Below, piece after piece: positions 25,074-38,835 of a stretch of DNA of 64,000 nt. The translations under genes were made by a program, and so were the position numbers. The stretch comes from Pristiophorus japonicus (lineage: Eukaryota). The first letter of the stretch is position 1, and the number at the start of each line of letters is the position of its first letter. The stretch spans positions 418,810,001 through 418,874,000 of the forward strand of contig NC_091977.1 in assembly GCF_044704955.1 (NCBI RefSeq). Reading direction: 5' to 3'. The notes below the pieces were generated by a model. It ran no database searches. It saw only the letters and a list, made by a program, of their open reading frames with translations, and was not told where the DNA came from.

Positions 25074-25881
25074 GTCTCTCCTATCTCCTCAGTCATCTCC
25101 AGTAGGGCTTTGAAATCTTGTATCAAAGAGGTTCTTTGACTTTCTCCTAGATGGAGCCCTGCTCTTCTGCCTACTGGGTACAGATGGCACTTCAGTGGTC
25201 ATAGTTCTGTCCAAGTACAATTCAAATCTTGTTAAGAGATGCAGGGAAGTAATTTGAGAGAGAAATGAAAGAGCAAAGCACTGTTGCTGTCTTACCTGCT
25301 GGCACTATTCCTTTCTCTAACCAGATGGAATCATCTTTTATATCATCCTTATGCTCCAGTACTGCAAAGTAATCTTTGATTAATACTTCTATCTCGCTTC
25401 CATTTCTCCTCCTCTATCCCTCCTAAGTATTTTGCACTAGGCATATTCATCTCACAGTGAGGCACCATCCTAAGCCTTGCCTCAGTAAATAGTATTATTT
25501 CATGCTCCCTCCTGAACAGCATTTTGTGCCTCGAGCCCACAATATTGCTCACAATACTTTGTGCTTTTAGTTATTTGGCAACCTTATTCCATCTTCATTT
25601 TTATCTGTTTTCCCCTTTTATCTTTCCTACACTTCTTATCCCTTTTACTCTCCTTTCTGTTTCATCATATTATTTTTCTCCCTTCTCCTGCCACATTAGT
25701 TTAAACCATGCCCCACTCTTCCAGCAAGGACTTTGAAATTCAGCCTTGCCCAGGTGAAGTTTGTACATCCTGTGAAGGCTACTCCTGCCCCAGAACTGGT
25801 CTCAATCTCCCAGGATCATGAACCCTTTCCTCCTATGCTATCGCACCAGCCGCACATTTAATTCCCTTATTTTACTCAAGA

Positions 25882-26336
25882 TCATCATCAACATTACCAT
25901 CATAGGCGGTGCCTCGAAATGAGGATGACTTGCTTCCAAGCCAAAAAAGGATGCGTTCACAGGTGGTTCAATGAAGGACCCAAACTACATCCTCAAGGGT
26001 GGAAGATGCAAACCAGCCACCACATGGGCTTGATAGGTCTTGGTCCAGCAGCAAAGATTACCCAAGACGACTGGAGACCAGCTCTGCTGTACGGATCTAG
26101 TGTGCACACATAGTGCAGTGTGGGCTGGCTCGTGCTGCCCCTGGGCCCCTGGCCCCGAACTCACGCCTCCCCTTGGCCCTGATCACATCCCTCCACAGTC
26201 TCTCGCTGCTCCTTTGCCCCAACCTCACCACTCCTGCTGTATCTGCCCACACTCCAATCACTGACCTGGACCTTGATGACGTTACTCTTCGCTGCCGTCG
26301 CCCTCCTGCACCAGCTCACGCTGCCCCCTGGAGTAG
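25882..26336 (-). mobile_element. Short non-autonomous retroelement with RTE-type 3' tail
   Basis: Homologous in opposite orientation to 46692-47087. Ends in GGAAGCAAGTCATCCTC...GCCTATGATG like the RTEs, but the body is not RTE ORF sequence. Confidence 0.65.
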
Positions 26337-26399
26337 TATATTTTACTTTTCCTATACCAATTAGCAAGTAGCACTAGAAGTAATCGCCCTCTTTATCTA

Positions 26400-26742
26400 T
26401 CTCTCATTTGCTGAATCTTTTTAGAATCACAATTCTATTTCTTCCCATGTCATTGGCTCCATATTGAACCACAATTTCTGGCTGTTCCCATTCCTTCTTC
26501 AAAATGTTTGGCACCTAGTCTGTGATATCCTTTACCATGGCACATGGGAGGCAACATGTAATTTGGGAGCCTCTGTTGTGAAGGCAAGAATGCCTGTCTA
26601 TTTCCATAACTATGGAATCCCCATATTACTGCTGCATTTCTGTACTTTTCTCCACCCTCTTTGGCAAGCATATGTTCCATGGTGCCCTGGTTTTACTTGT
26701 GGTTGTTCAGCTCTGAGTTGTCAACATTGTCGAGGTACACAG
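26400..26742 (-). mobile_element. Old CR1 ORF1 (SGNH esterase) remnant, apparently continued at about 29703-29900 beyond the inserted CR1 no. 2
   Basis: Minus strand reads GDSIV...CCLPCAMVKDI...EQPEIVVQYGAND. 29790-29900 encodes LLEEQLSTLRLIQEAE, a zipper-like ORF1 segment. Confidence 0.55.
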
Positions 26743-29702
26743 AACGTGACAGGAAGGGACAGAATATATAAATATAAGAGTGTATCAGAAACTGGAGCCA
26801 TAGCAGGAGAAAATGGTAAGATAACACATTTAAAAGCTCTTTATCTGAATGCACGCAGCATTCGTAACAAATTAGATGAGCGGTCGGCACAAATAGTTAC
26901 AAATGGGTTTGATCTGGTAGCCATAACAGAGACGTTGTTGCAAGGTGACCAAAACTGGGAACTAAACATTCAGGGGTACTTGTCAATTCAGTAGGACAGA
27001 TAAAAAGGAAAATAAGGTGGTGTAGCTTTGTTGATAAAGGATGGAATTACTGTAATAGTAAGAAACGATATTGTCTCAAATGATCAGTATGTTGAAACAG
27101 ATTGGGTGGAGATAAGGAATAATAAGGGGAAAAAAGTCACTGGTGAGCATAGCCTACAGGCCCCCTAACAATAGTAACTATGTTGGTCGGAGCATAAACC
27201 AAGAAATAGTCGGGGCTTGTAAAAAGGGAACAGCAATAATCATGGGTGATTTGAACCTCCATATTGATTGGACAAATCTAATTGGTCAGGGTAGCCTTGA
27301 GGAAGAGTTCAGAGAGTGCATAAGGGACGGGATCCTTGAACAGTATGTAACGGAACCAATCAAGGGGCAGGCTATTTTAGATCTGGTCCTGTGTAATGAG
27401 ACAGGATTAATAGACAATCTCTTAGTAAAGGATCCCCTTGGAATGTGTGATCATAGCATGGTTGAATTTCAAATTCAGATGGAGGGTGAGAAAGTTGGAT
27501 CTCTAACCAGCGTACTAAGCTTAAATAAATCAGATTACAAAGGTATGAGGGCAGAGTTGGCTAAATTGAACTGGGAAAATAGATTAAAGTGTAGGACGGT
27601 TGATGAACAGTGGTGTACATTTAAGGAGATATTTCATAACTCTCAAGAAAAATATATTCCAGGTGAGGAGGAAATGGTGTAAAAGAAAAGATAACCATTC
27701 GTGGCTAACTAAAGAAATAAAGGATGATATCCAATTACAAACAAGGGCATACAAAGTGGCCAAAATTAGTGGGAGGACAGAAGATTGGGAAGCTTTTAAA
27801 AGCCAGCAAAGAATGACTAAAAAAATGATTAAGAAAGGGAAGACAGACTATGAAAGTAAACTAGCACGAAATATAAAAACATACAGCAAGAGTCACTACA
27901 GGTATATAAAAAGGAAAAGAATGGCTAAAGTAATTGTTGGTCCCTTAGAGGACGAGACCGGGGAATTAGTAATGGGGAACACGGAGATGGAAGAAACTCT
28001 GAACAAATATTTTGTATCAGTCTTTACGGTAGTGGACACTAAAAATACCCCAACAGTGGATAGACAAGGGGCTAAGGAGGTGGTACTCAGTAAGATAATG
28101 GAACTAAAGGCGGAAAAATCCCCTGGACCTAATGACTTGCATCCTAGGGTCTTAAGAGAAGTAGCAGCAGAGATAGTGGATGCATTGGTTGTAATTTAAC
28201 AACATTCTTTGGATTCTGCGGAGTACCAGCAGATTGGAAAACTGCAAATGTAATGCCCCTATTTAAAAAAAGAGGCAGACAAAAAGCAGGAAACTATAGA
28301 CCAGTTAGCCCAAAATTTGTGGTTGGGAAAATGTTGGAGTCCATTATTAAAGAAGCAGTAGCAGGACATTTGGAAAGGCATAATTCAGTCAGGCAGAGTC
28401 AGCATGGATTTATGAAGGGGAAGTCATGTTTGACAAATTTGCTGGAATTCTTTGAGGATGTAACAAACAGGATGGATAAAGGGGAACCAGTGTATATGGT
28501 GTATTTGGACTTCCAGAAGGCATTTGACAAGGTGCCACATAAAAGGTTACTGCACAAGATAAAAGTTCACGGGGTTGAGGGTAATATATTAGCATGGATA
28601 GATGATTGGCTAACTAACAGAAAGCAGAGAGTTGGGATAAATGGTTCATTCTCGGATTGGCAATCAGTAACTAGTGGGGTGCTGCAGGGATCAGTGCTGG
28701 GATCCCAAATATTTACAATCTATATTAACAACTTGGATGAAGGGACCGAGTATAACGTAGCCAAATTTGTTAACGATACAAAGATGGGAGGAAAAGCAAT
28801 GTGTGAGGAGGACACAAAAAATCTGGAAAAGGACATAGACAGGCTAAGTGAGTGGGCAAAAATTTGGCAGATGGAGTATAACGTTGGAAAGTGTGAGGTT
28901 ATGCACTTTGGCAGAAAAATATCAAAGAGCAAGTTATTATTCAAGTGGGGAAAAATTACAAAGTGCTGCAGTACAGCGGGACCTGGGGGTCCTGGTGTAT
29001 GAAACATAAAAGGTTAGTATGCAGGTACAGCAAGTGATCAGGAAGGCCAATGGCATTTTGGCCTTTATTTCAAAGGGGATGGAGTATAAAAGCAGGGAAA
29101 TCTTGGTACAGTTATACAGGGTATTGGTGAGGCCACACCTGGAATACTGTGTAGTTTTGGTTTCCATATTTAATAAAGGATATACTTGCTTTGGAGGCAG
29201 TTCAGAGAAGTCTCACTAGGTTGATTCTGGAGATGACGGGGTTGACTTATGAGGAAAGCTTGAGTAGGTTAGACCTCTACTCATTGGAATTCTGAAGAAT
29301 GAGAGTTGATCTTATCGCAACGTATAAGATTATGAGGGGGCTTGACAAGATGGATGCAGAGAGGATGTTTCCACTGATGGGGGAGACTAGAACTAGAGGG
29401 CATGATCGTAGAATAAGGGGCCGCCCATTTAAAACTGAGATGAGGAGAAATTTCTTCACACAGGGTTGTAAATTTGTGGAATTCGCTGCCTCAGAGAGCA
29501 ATGGAAACTGGGTCATTGATTACATTTAAGACAGAGATAGACAGTTTCTTAACCGATAAGAGAATAAGGGGTTACAGGGAACAGGCAGGGAAGTGGAACT
29601 GAGTCCTTGATCGTATCAGCCATGATCGTATTAAATGACGGAGCAGGTTCGAGGGGCTGTAAGGCCTACTTCTGCTCCTATTTCTTATGTTCTTATGTTC
29701 TT
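26743..29702 (+). mobile_element. CR1 LINE no. 2 (5'-truncated, ORF2 nearly complete but disrupted)
   Basis: LYLNARSIRNK, APE and RT motifs, C-terminal RGH..RRNFFTQ and tail (TTCTTATG)n. Possible TSD GT(A/G)CACAG at 26735-26742 and 29703-29710. Confidence 0.93.
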
Positions 29703-31571
29703 GTGCACAGTACTGTGTACCTAATTGCCAATACAGCACTCTAAGGAGATCTCTGCATTTCCTCCAGTCTACTCTCTCTACCTCCACTTCCCTTCCTCAC
29801 TCTGCCTCCAGAAATGAGCATTCAAAGAACCCCTCAGCCTCCTGAATGAGACGGAGTGTCGACAGCTGCTCCTCAAGCAGAAACATGGAATTTGAGTGCA
29901 AGCAGAGTAGGGTGTTTGTTTTTGATTCTACTCTGATTCTTAGACCTTGGAACTTATAGTGGGAAAGGACAACACGTGGCACAAAATTTAAGCTTAACCC
30001 GGTGTCAGTTTTATTACGCAATAAAAACCAACTAAAACTACTGGACTAGACTGCTGAGAGAAATTTGACTTTAGACATACAATCACCAGAGATTCGTAGT
30101 TTTTGATTCCGTGACCTGCTGTTTCCTCTTCTGGCTGTTCTCTGTAGCTTCTGCCTTTCTGCTGCTTCTTCTGTCTTCCTGTCCTTCTTCTGTCTTCCTG
30201 TCCTACTTCTGCTGAACAGCTTTTTTCTCGCATATTTATCCAGATTTTGAGTAAGTTGCCCCGCTGGGCTGAGATCCGATTATTGATGTGGTGCTTTGTT
30301 TAACTGGTTGTGGTGATGAGTTTGAATTGCTACTAATTTGCACACGGAGTCGTCAATGCAAAAGATATTTCCTTATGCTGAATGCTCTTATCCACAAATT
30401 TGTATTTCATAGGGTCCTTTGTTGTCCGGTCTTTTTACAGACTTGATGTCTCCAGTGGCTGTTTTCTCCACCCTGGTCAATCAAGTTCAAAGCCTCATGT
30501 AACAACTCTATTGTTGTTATGCATGAAGTCAGTTTTAATTCCTGACCACAGAATGTCCTTAATTGTCCTGTTTAATTCCAAAAACTTGGATTAATCAATT
30601 TTTAGTTCATGGTCTGTGTTTTTCTGAAGATTAGTAACCTTACACAACTGGGGACACTTGCTGCACATGAAGCCTCAGGACCTTCCAGATTATAGAGGTG
30701 CTGCACATCATAAACTTCAGCTACCTCTGCTCCCCCCCCAATCACCAATACTAAACTAAGTTGTTTCCTTTTAAAAATTTAATAAAAACAAACTATGGGC
30801 TTAATTTTCCTCAGTGATTTGCACCATTATTTTGGCGTGCGCCGCTTTTTTTGGCCTAAATTTAAAAATCCAAGTTTCCCCAATCTTTGTGCGCCAGCGT
30901 AACTCAGTTAGTCACGATTTTTTTAGGTTTGTTTTTTTTGCGTCACCGGGGGCGTAACTTGAAATCTGCGCCAGTTTTTCACAATTATGGAAGTTTGGCC
31001 AATTTAAATTTATCCTGTGACAGCGTATGTGACCACTCCCGAAAAACCTTCTGGGCACTTAAGAGAAACCGGCGTGCATTAAAAAATCGGCACAGAGAGA
31101 TGCCATTGTTTTTATGCAAAGTTTTGGAGTGAGTCAAGAATACATAAATATCCATAATCAAGCTTAAATTTCTAAAGTTTAAAATGCAGGAAATGGAAGT
31201 TTAATGGAATTCTTTAAGTTTTCATTTTTTTTTAAATGACGCACCACCATCAAACGTTTCCAAACCGGGCTCGAGGGTCCGAGCGTCAGCCGGCAGAATC
31301 GGTCCCCTGCCCGGACACAGGGCTCGGGACTCGGCTTGAAAAGAAGCCCGAGGGGTGGATGGAGGTCTAAGAATGGTGAACGGATGGCATGAGAAGCCTA
31401 CACTACGCATCAAATAAGCCCGCGGGGGGGGGGGGGCGGGTTGGGGTTCCCGATCATTGTGCCTGCTCAGACCTGGGTGTGGTCCACACTAGGGCGTTGA
31501 CCCTGGGGAAAGAGAACAAAGAACCTTGTACTGCCTACCGTTTTGAGCTTCTTGCAAAGGTACAATTTATT

Positions 31572-32790
31572 CATGGGGGCATTACTGACAAAGCCATAGC
31601 TTGTGCAAGCCTTCTGCATGATGGTGCTGTGGAGGAGGCAATTGATTCAACGTCATCGCATGAGGAACCTCAGCATATAAGGTGATGGGCAGGAGGCCTT
31701 ACCCACATCGGGTACATCGAGACAGGCGTTCGTACCTGCACCTGAATGATGCAGACTGTGTCAGAAGGCTGCGTTTCCACAAAGAAGTTGTAACTGAGAT
31801 CTGTGAGTTAGTAAAAGCAGACCTGCAACCTAGAAGCGTCAGGAGGACTGCTTTGTCAGTTAAAGTGAAGGTCACAGCTGCACTTTCATTCCATGCATCT
31901 GGATCATTCCAGGCCACAACTGGGGATGTATGCGCCATTTCTCAACATGCAACCCATATTTACATTTGGCAGGTGACTGCTGCACTATATGCCTGGAGGA
32001 ATGACTACATAAAGTTCCCCATGACCGCCCAGGCAATACGTGAAAAGGCTGTGGACTTCCCCAGGATTGCTGGCTTCCCAAAGGTACAGGGCTGCATTGA
32101 TTGTACCCACATTGCCTTGCGAGCACCTTTGGAGGATTCCGAGATGTACAGGAACAGAAAAGGCTTCCACTCCATCAATGTGTAGCTCATGTGTGACGAC
32201 ATGCATCGCATCATGTCAGTTGATGCAAGATACTCTGGGACCATCCATGATGCATTCATCCTATGCAAGAGCATTATATCGGCCATGTTTCAGCAGCAAC
32301 CAGAAGGGCAGAGCTGGCTACTGGGTGACTAAGGGTATGGCCTCGCCACCTGGCTCATGCCACCCCTACGCATAACCCAGATGGAAGCTGACCGGGAATG
32401 CAACAAGTCACCCATTGCAATGCGCAGCATAATAGAGAGGACCACGGTCATCTTGAAACAGCATTTCCGATGCCTGGATCATTCCCAAGGCTACTTGCAA
32501 TACTCCCGTGAGATTGTCGGTCAGTTCACTGTTGTCTGCTGCATGCTGCATAATTAGCCTTCATAAGGCAACAGCAGCTGGTAGTCTATGATCCACCTGA
32601 GGTGAGAGTGGCTGATGATGATAAGGAAAATGCAGATGATGGGGAGGAGGAGGAGGAGGACGAGGACAAGGAAGCCACGCAACTACCTGAACCCAGAGCA
32701 CAACGGCAGAGGAGGGCGGGCTGTCATGCCCCTTTAACGTTGCTCGAGCCTTGCACCAGAAGCTCATCTGTGAGTGCTTTGTTGCCTGAA
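31572..32790 (+). pseudogene. Harbinger (HARBI1-like) DDE transposase with premature stops
   Basis: RVHRDRRSYLHL..CVRRLRF, VKVTAALSFHASGSFQ, GFPKVQGCIDCTHIAL, NRKGFHSINV, GTIHDAFIL, WLLGD, RSIIERT, CCMLHN and an acidic tail. Confidence 0.92.
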
Positions 32791-33264
32791 GGCTCAGCGG
32801 CAACTATTCCAAATGAACCGTGTTTACTGTTTGGACCTGTTCCGTAATGTTGTATTGTGTTATTGGGACAAATGATGGAAATGATTCTTGTTTACTTCAA
32901 AAAGTTGAGATAATAATGGAAATTAATTTTCTTTAGTTCAAAAAGTTGTTAATAATGGAATAATGTAAATGATTTAGTTATAATGTAAAATATATTTTAT
33001 TCAAAAGTTTAACAAACATTTGTTTGTACTTAACTTAACTTTAATAAAAATATTCTTGTATCAAACTTTGAGGCTTTCAGTTACGATCATTTACAAACTC
33101 TAAGATCATTTGAAAACTTTAAACAAACTTGTAAACTTGTAAATTTACATAACTTACAAAAATGTTTTAATTTGAGAACAGTTACAACAGTAACAATAAT
33201 AATAATAACTCGAACAACAACAACAACTGCAGCAAAGAAAGGCTGCACCCATCACTCCTCCACC

Positions 33265-34958
33265 TTATTTTAAGACCGCCCGCTGCGCTTGGTCTTGGGT
33301 GACTCCACCTGTGCCCGCAGGCGGTGGTGCAGCCTGTCTCAGGTTTGTACCAAGCTTATTCTTTTGAACAACTCGGGTAATGCACACTTCTTGATGGTGG
33401 GGGGGGGGAGGGGGGGCGAGGGCAGCAGAGCAGGTGGTGATGTGGAAGGCCTGTCTTGGGCCTCTTCTGACGCTGGTCTGGGGATTGGAGTGGGAGTGGC
33501 AGTTGATTCTGTCAATGGGCACAGGGTCTGGGCGTGTTCCCTTATTGCAGCAGCTATCTCCAACATTTCCTCCCTCATGTGCCCTGACAGTGTGTCAACA
33601 ACCACAACATTCCCTCCCTCATGTTCACCGACAGTGCCTCAGCTACCTGCGACATTCCCTCGCTCATGTGCACCGACATTGTTTCGGCTGACTGAGACAT
33701 TCCCTCCCTTATGTTCCCGGACAGTGTCCCATTTCTTGTGAGAGTGTTGTTACTTCTCCCGACAGTCCCAATACCTCATCACCCACCCCAATGATGGTGT
33801 CCAGGAGTGATCAGGTAAGGTCAATGCTCTCCGCACTCATTGCCATCATCTGAACCACATCTCTTAGATCCTGCACCTCAGGAGAGCACTGTCGATCTCA
33901 CCCTGGGTGTGGATCGCTGCATTCCAATGGAACCCTCAGCATCGGATGGTGGGACCCTGGGTGTGCCTCGCTGCACCCCACTGGAATTCCCAGCCTCGGA
34001 TGGTGGGAAACCATGGAATGTCCCAGCAACACTCAGGGAAGGGGTTGGCACCTCAATGGGCGGCACCTGCACCTCCTCCAGAATGGGGCCTTCATCCATC
34101 CCCTCCCCTCCCTCTCCTCCTCACCCCGATGCTCTTGGTCTGGAAGGTGGGATTGGAAGATGTTCTCCTCTTCAGGCTCATCCTCATCTGAATCTTCTTC
34201 TGCATTATCAGGGTTGGCCTCAAGTTCTGCAAAATTTAACAGAACAGACAAATGGTTAGCAGCAGAGGAGGGGGCAGGATCAGTGGCATGAGTAGGCTCA
34301 CACAGTGCAGGCAGCAAGCTGATTTGAAGAACAAAAAAACAGAAATGTAGATGACAAAGATATCCCCATGAACCGAAGCATGGCTAGCCCGCGCAGTACT
34401 TAACATTTAGCAAAGCCAGACTGTGGAATTTGCAAGGCTTACCCTCTCCCTCGAGTGTGGGCCCAGCTTGTGCAGTGGTGGTTGCTTTTCTCCAGGCAGG
34501 ACCCATCAAACCAGTGACCCTCTCTTCCAAGGCTGTCAGTGGCTGCAGATTTGCCGGGCCTCCTGCTGTTTGAGTTCTTTCTCGTTTGTTGTGTGCCACT
34601 TTCCTCTGCAAAGATGAAAACATGACTTTTTTTTAGAGAGGGTGTCTTTCTGCTGGGTGGGACATACAGCTGGTCACATTTACAATTGCAGTTCCATTGA
34701 ATAAATTAAAATATTACTTACACTAACTACTTGACCAAGGTCCTGCCATTTCTTTTTGCACTGGCCTCCAGACCTCAGGGTGGTCACCATTGCACAGTAA
34801 TCTTGGGCAAGTTGGTTCCAGTGTTTCTTCATTTCTTTTGATGGAACTTTTATGTAACCTCTGCTGGTGTCCAGCTCAAGCCAGCTGCTCTCAATCACAG
34901 TAACTAGTGCCTTCACTTCATCCTGTAAGAAATTCTTGGTCCTTGCGCCACATTGCAT
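33265..34958 (-). pseudogene. Harbinger Myb/SANT-like gene, three exons
   Basis: ARTKNFLQDEVKALV..KKHWNQLA..RSGGQCKKKWQDL, donor GTAAGT near 34721. Exon 2 RKVAHNKRERTQTAGG follows tttgcag. Exon 3 starts acidic (ELEANPDNAEEDSDEDE) after ttttgcag. Confidence 0.85.
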
Positions 34959-35075
34959 CTTGTAATGCAGCTCCAATTTTTCCAATGAGAATTAAAGTGC
35001 TCACATACAACTGGCTCTTTAAAAATGGCCGAATGCACACCGGAAACTGTACTGGGCATGTGTGCCTATAGGAAT

Positions 35076-35269
35076 TGTAGTGTATGGAGAAAGAGTCAGA
35101 CTGAACACTGTGAGCTCAAAGTAATGTATGACCTTAGTCTTTTATTGTAGGTCTCCAGAGTGCCTCTCGAACCTGTGAAGCACTCTTAAATACCTGTGCT
35201 CCCAAGGGACTATGGGGAATGAGCCCTCTGGTGGCTGTACAGAGTATATGCAAGTCCAGATACATAACA
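35076..35269 (-). mobile_element. Solo LTR related to Gypsy-2
   Basis: Aligns with 10958-11169, has TG...CA ends and a perfect 5-bp TSD GGAAT (35071-35075 and 35270-35274). Confidence 0.93.
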
Positions 35270-36552
35270 GGAATCACGTCAAAACGTCCTTTTTTTTTTG
35301 CGCATAAGCGGAAAGGGGGCATCGTTTTTTTCGGCGCAGACTTTAGGCTCCACCCCAGAAGCTAAAGGACAGGCTGTATGGTGCCAATTTCAAAAAATAG
35401 AACGAGGAAACTTGCTACTTTTTTTTGGAGTACTTGGGGCCAAGAAAAGCGAGCGCATGTTCCCTCATGTTGCATCTGCATTCTGTTAAAATCAAGCCAT
35501 CTCCCACTCTAACTCATTGTTCTCCTGAACCTCAAAACTGCAACTTTCTACTTCCCTTCCTCCTATAACCTACCTGCTGGTGTACATTCCCAGTGCACCG
35601 CCTATTTCAGGCAAAAAACCATGTTGAAACAAATTTCTGTCCCTATCTGTTTTCAGCTTAGGTTCAGCCTGAGGCCTAAATAAAATCTAACCACATCTTT
35701 GTGCCTCCCTTAATCTTGACTCTCTCCTCTTTTGGTGCTGCAACAGTTATCCCCCTGCAGCATCCCTGTATTTTTCTCCTTAGCAGATGTAGGAGCCTGT
35801 CCTGTGTATGACCGCAGACTCGGGAAACTGGGTCTGAATCATGCTGGGATCAGGGAGACAAACAGAATTCCTACCCTGCCCCTCCACAGATGCAAAGAAG
35901 GAAATCCAGGCCATACTCTGGGTGTATACAAAGAAGGTAAGGAATGTAAAGAGCCTTTGACCAAAATGATCCCACTGTTTCTAACAGACTGAATACAATG
36001 AGGCCTAATTTATTATATCTTCTGAGGAAAATAGAAAAAACTTTTAAAAATTGAAATATTTCTCATTGACTCCCAAAAGTAATCAAACAAATACTCCAGG
36101 GACATTAGTCTGCATTGCAAAATAATTTTACTACTGCTCAATTCAAAGAACAAATTACAGTATAACAAGCATACAACCCGAATGATCTACACAAAATGTC
36201 ATGAAAAGAAATGTGCTGCTAACAAGGTGGATTGGTTTTAATTTGATTATTCAATGCCTTCTAATTTGCTTAAATATTTCCAGTCACACGTTCCAATGAA
36301 GATCAACACATCTTCACTAATACTGTCATTCTTCCCACACAAGTTACTAAGCAACAATCTCTAATGCAACATGAAAGATGCATCATATCACACTAATAAA
36401 CTCTCTCACTGATGAACAACCCCTGCATCCATCATGTAAGAGTTGCCTCACATCACACTTCAGTACTTTCACTTGTGGTATTACTTTGGAAACGACCCTT
36501 ATTCAAATCACCATACAGTCTTAAAAGCGACAAATTCTCATTGGAAATATTG

Positions 36553-38835
36553 TTTTTTTTTAAATTAGTTCATGGGATGTGGGCATTGCCGGCAAGGCAA
36601 GCATTTATTGCTGTCTCTAATTGCCCTTGAGAAGATGGGGGTGAGCCACCTTCTTGAACTGCTGCAGTCTGTGTGCTGAAGGTACTCCCACAGTGCTATT
36701 AGGGAGGGAGTTCTAGGATTTTGAACCAGCGACGATGAAGGAACGGCGATATACTTCCAAGTCAGGATGGTGTGTGACTTGGAGGGGAATGTGGAGGTGA
36801 TGGTGTTGCCATGTGCCTGCTGCCCTTGTCCTTCTAGGTGGTAGAGGTCACAGGTTTGGGAGATGCTGCCGAAGAAGCCTTGGCAAGTTGCTGCAGTGCA
36901 TCTTGTAGATGGTACACACTGCAGCCACGATAAGCCAGTGAAGGAGGGAATGAATGTTTAAGGTGGCTGATGAGGTGCCAATCAAGCGGGCTGCTTTGTC
37001 CTGGATGGTGTCATGCTTCTTGAGTGCTTTGGAGCTGCACTCATCCAGGCAAGTGGAGAGTATTCCATCACGCTCCTAAATTGTGCCTGTGGAAAGGTTT
37101 TGGGGAGTCAGGAGGTGAGGCACGCGCCGAAGGATACCCAGCATCTAACCAGCTCTTGTTGCCATTTAAGTGGCTGGTCCAGTTAAGTTTCTGGTCAATG
37201 GTGACCGCCATGACATTGATGGTGGGGGATTCTGCAATGGTAATGCAATTGAATGTCAAGGGGTGGTAGTTAGACTCTCGCTTGTTGGAGATAGTCATTG
37301 CCTGGCACTTGTGTGATGCGTTTGTTACTTGCCACTTATCAGCCCAAGCCTGAATGTCATCCAGGTCTTGCTGCATGAGGGCATGGACTACTTCATTATC
37401 TGAGGAGTTGTGAATGGAACTGAACACTGTGCAGTCATCAGCAAACATCCCCACTTCTGACCTTATGATGGAGAGGTGGTCATTGATGAAGCATCTGAAG
37501 ATGGTTTGGCCTAGGACACTGCCCTGAGGAACTCCTGCAGCGATGTCCTGGGGCTGTAGTGATTGACCACAACCATCTTCCTTTGTGCTATGTATGACTC
37601 CAACCAGTGGAGTGCTTTCATCCTGAATCCCATTGACTACAGTTTTATTGGGGCTCCTTGATGCCACACTTGGTCAAATGCTGCCTTGATGTTAAGGGCA
37701 GTCACGCTCACTTCACCTCTGGAATTCAGCTCTTTTGTCCATGTTTGGGCCAAGGCTGTAGTGAGGTCTGGAGCCGAGTGGTCCTGGTGGAACTAACTGG
37801 GCATCGGTGAGCAGGTTATTGGTAAGTAAGTGCCGCTTGATAGCGCTGTCGATTACACCTTCTATCACTTTTCTGATGATTGAGAGTAGACTGATTGAGC
37901 TGTAATTGGCTGGATTGGATCTTTTCTGCTTTTTGTGAACAGGACATACCTGGGCTGTCTTCCACATTGTTGGGTAGATGCCAGTGTTGTAGCTGTACTG
38001 GAATAGCTTGACAAGAAGAACGGCTGGTTCTGGAGCACAAGTCTTCAACATGACAGCTGGGATGTTGTCGGGGTCCATAGCCTTTGCTGTATCCGGTGCG
38101 CTCAGCCATTTCTTGATATCACATGGAGTGAATCAAATAGGCTGAAGACTGGCTTCTGTGATGGTGGGGACCTCAGGAGGAGGCCGATATGGATCATCCA
38201 CTTGGTACTTCTGGCTGAAGATGGTTGCAAACGCTTCAACCTTGTCTTTTGCACTCATGTGCAGGGCTCCACAAACATTGAGGATGGGGATATTCATGGG
38301 GTCACATCCTCCTGTTAGTTGTTTAATGGTCCACCACCATTTACGATTGGATGTGGCATGTCTGCAGAGCTTTGATCTGGTCTGTTGATTGTGGGATCAC
38401 TTAGCCCTGTCTATGGCATGCTGCTTCCGCTTTTTAGCATGCATGTAGTCCTGTGTTGCAGCTTCCCCAGGTTGGCATCTCATTTTTAGGTACACCTGGT
38501 GCTGCTCCTGGCATGCTCTTCTACATTCTTCATTGAACCAGAGTTGGCTTGATGGTAATGGTGAGGGATAGGCCGGGCCATGAGTTACAGATTGTGATGG
38601 TATACAATGCTATTGTTGCTGATGACCCACAGTGCCTCATGGATTCCCAGTTTTGAGCTGCTAGATCTGTTCTGAATCTATCTTATTTAGCATTGTGGTA
38701 GTGCCACACAACACGATGGAGGGTTTCCTCAGTGTGAAGATGGGACTTCGTCCCCACAATGACTGTGTAGTGGTCACTGCTACTGAAGGTGTCATGGACA
38801 GATGCATCTGCGACAGGTAGATTGGTGAGGATGAG
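36553..38835 (-). mobile_element. CR1/Jockey-group LINE with poly(A) tail, 3' part (5' part resumes at about 53945)
   Basis: PDNIPAVMLKTCAPE, NPANY..ISLLS, GVPQGSVLG and MFADDC motifs. T-run at 36553-36561 is the poly(A). Sequence stops abruptly at an LTR end at 38836. Confidence 0.85.

Larger units (their letters stand above)
30797..35460. mobile_element. PIF/Harbinger DNA transposon no. 2
   Basis: Left end GGGCTTAATTTTCC. Subterminal inverted similarity between GCGCCGCTTTTTTTGGCC (about 30839) and GGCCAAGAAAAGCGAGCGC (about 35438). Convergent transposase and Myb/SANT genes. Extreme right terminus not recognisable. Confidence 0.88.

Noticed and set aside
21400-25800. Short ORFs in the 3' UTR and downstream region as genes
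   Set aside because: They have no recognisable motifs or exon structure and are consistent with chance ORFs in AT-rich or decayed repeat DNA.
31572-34958. Domesticated HARBI1/NAIF1-like host genes
   Set aside because: Both genes carry stops or frameshifts and sit within transposon ends, so they are decaying element copies.
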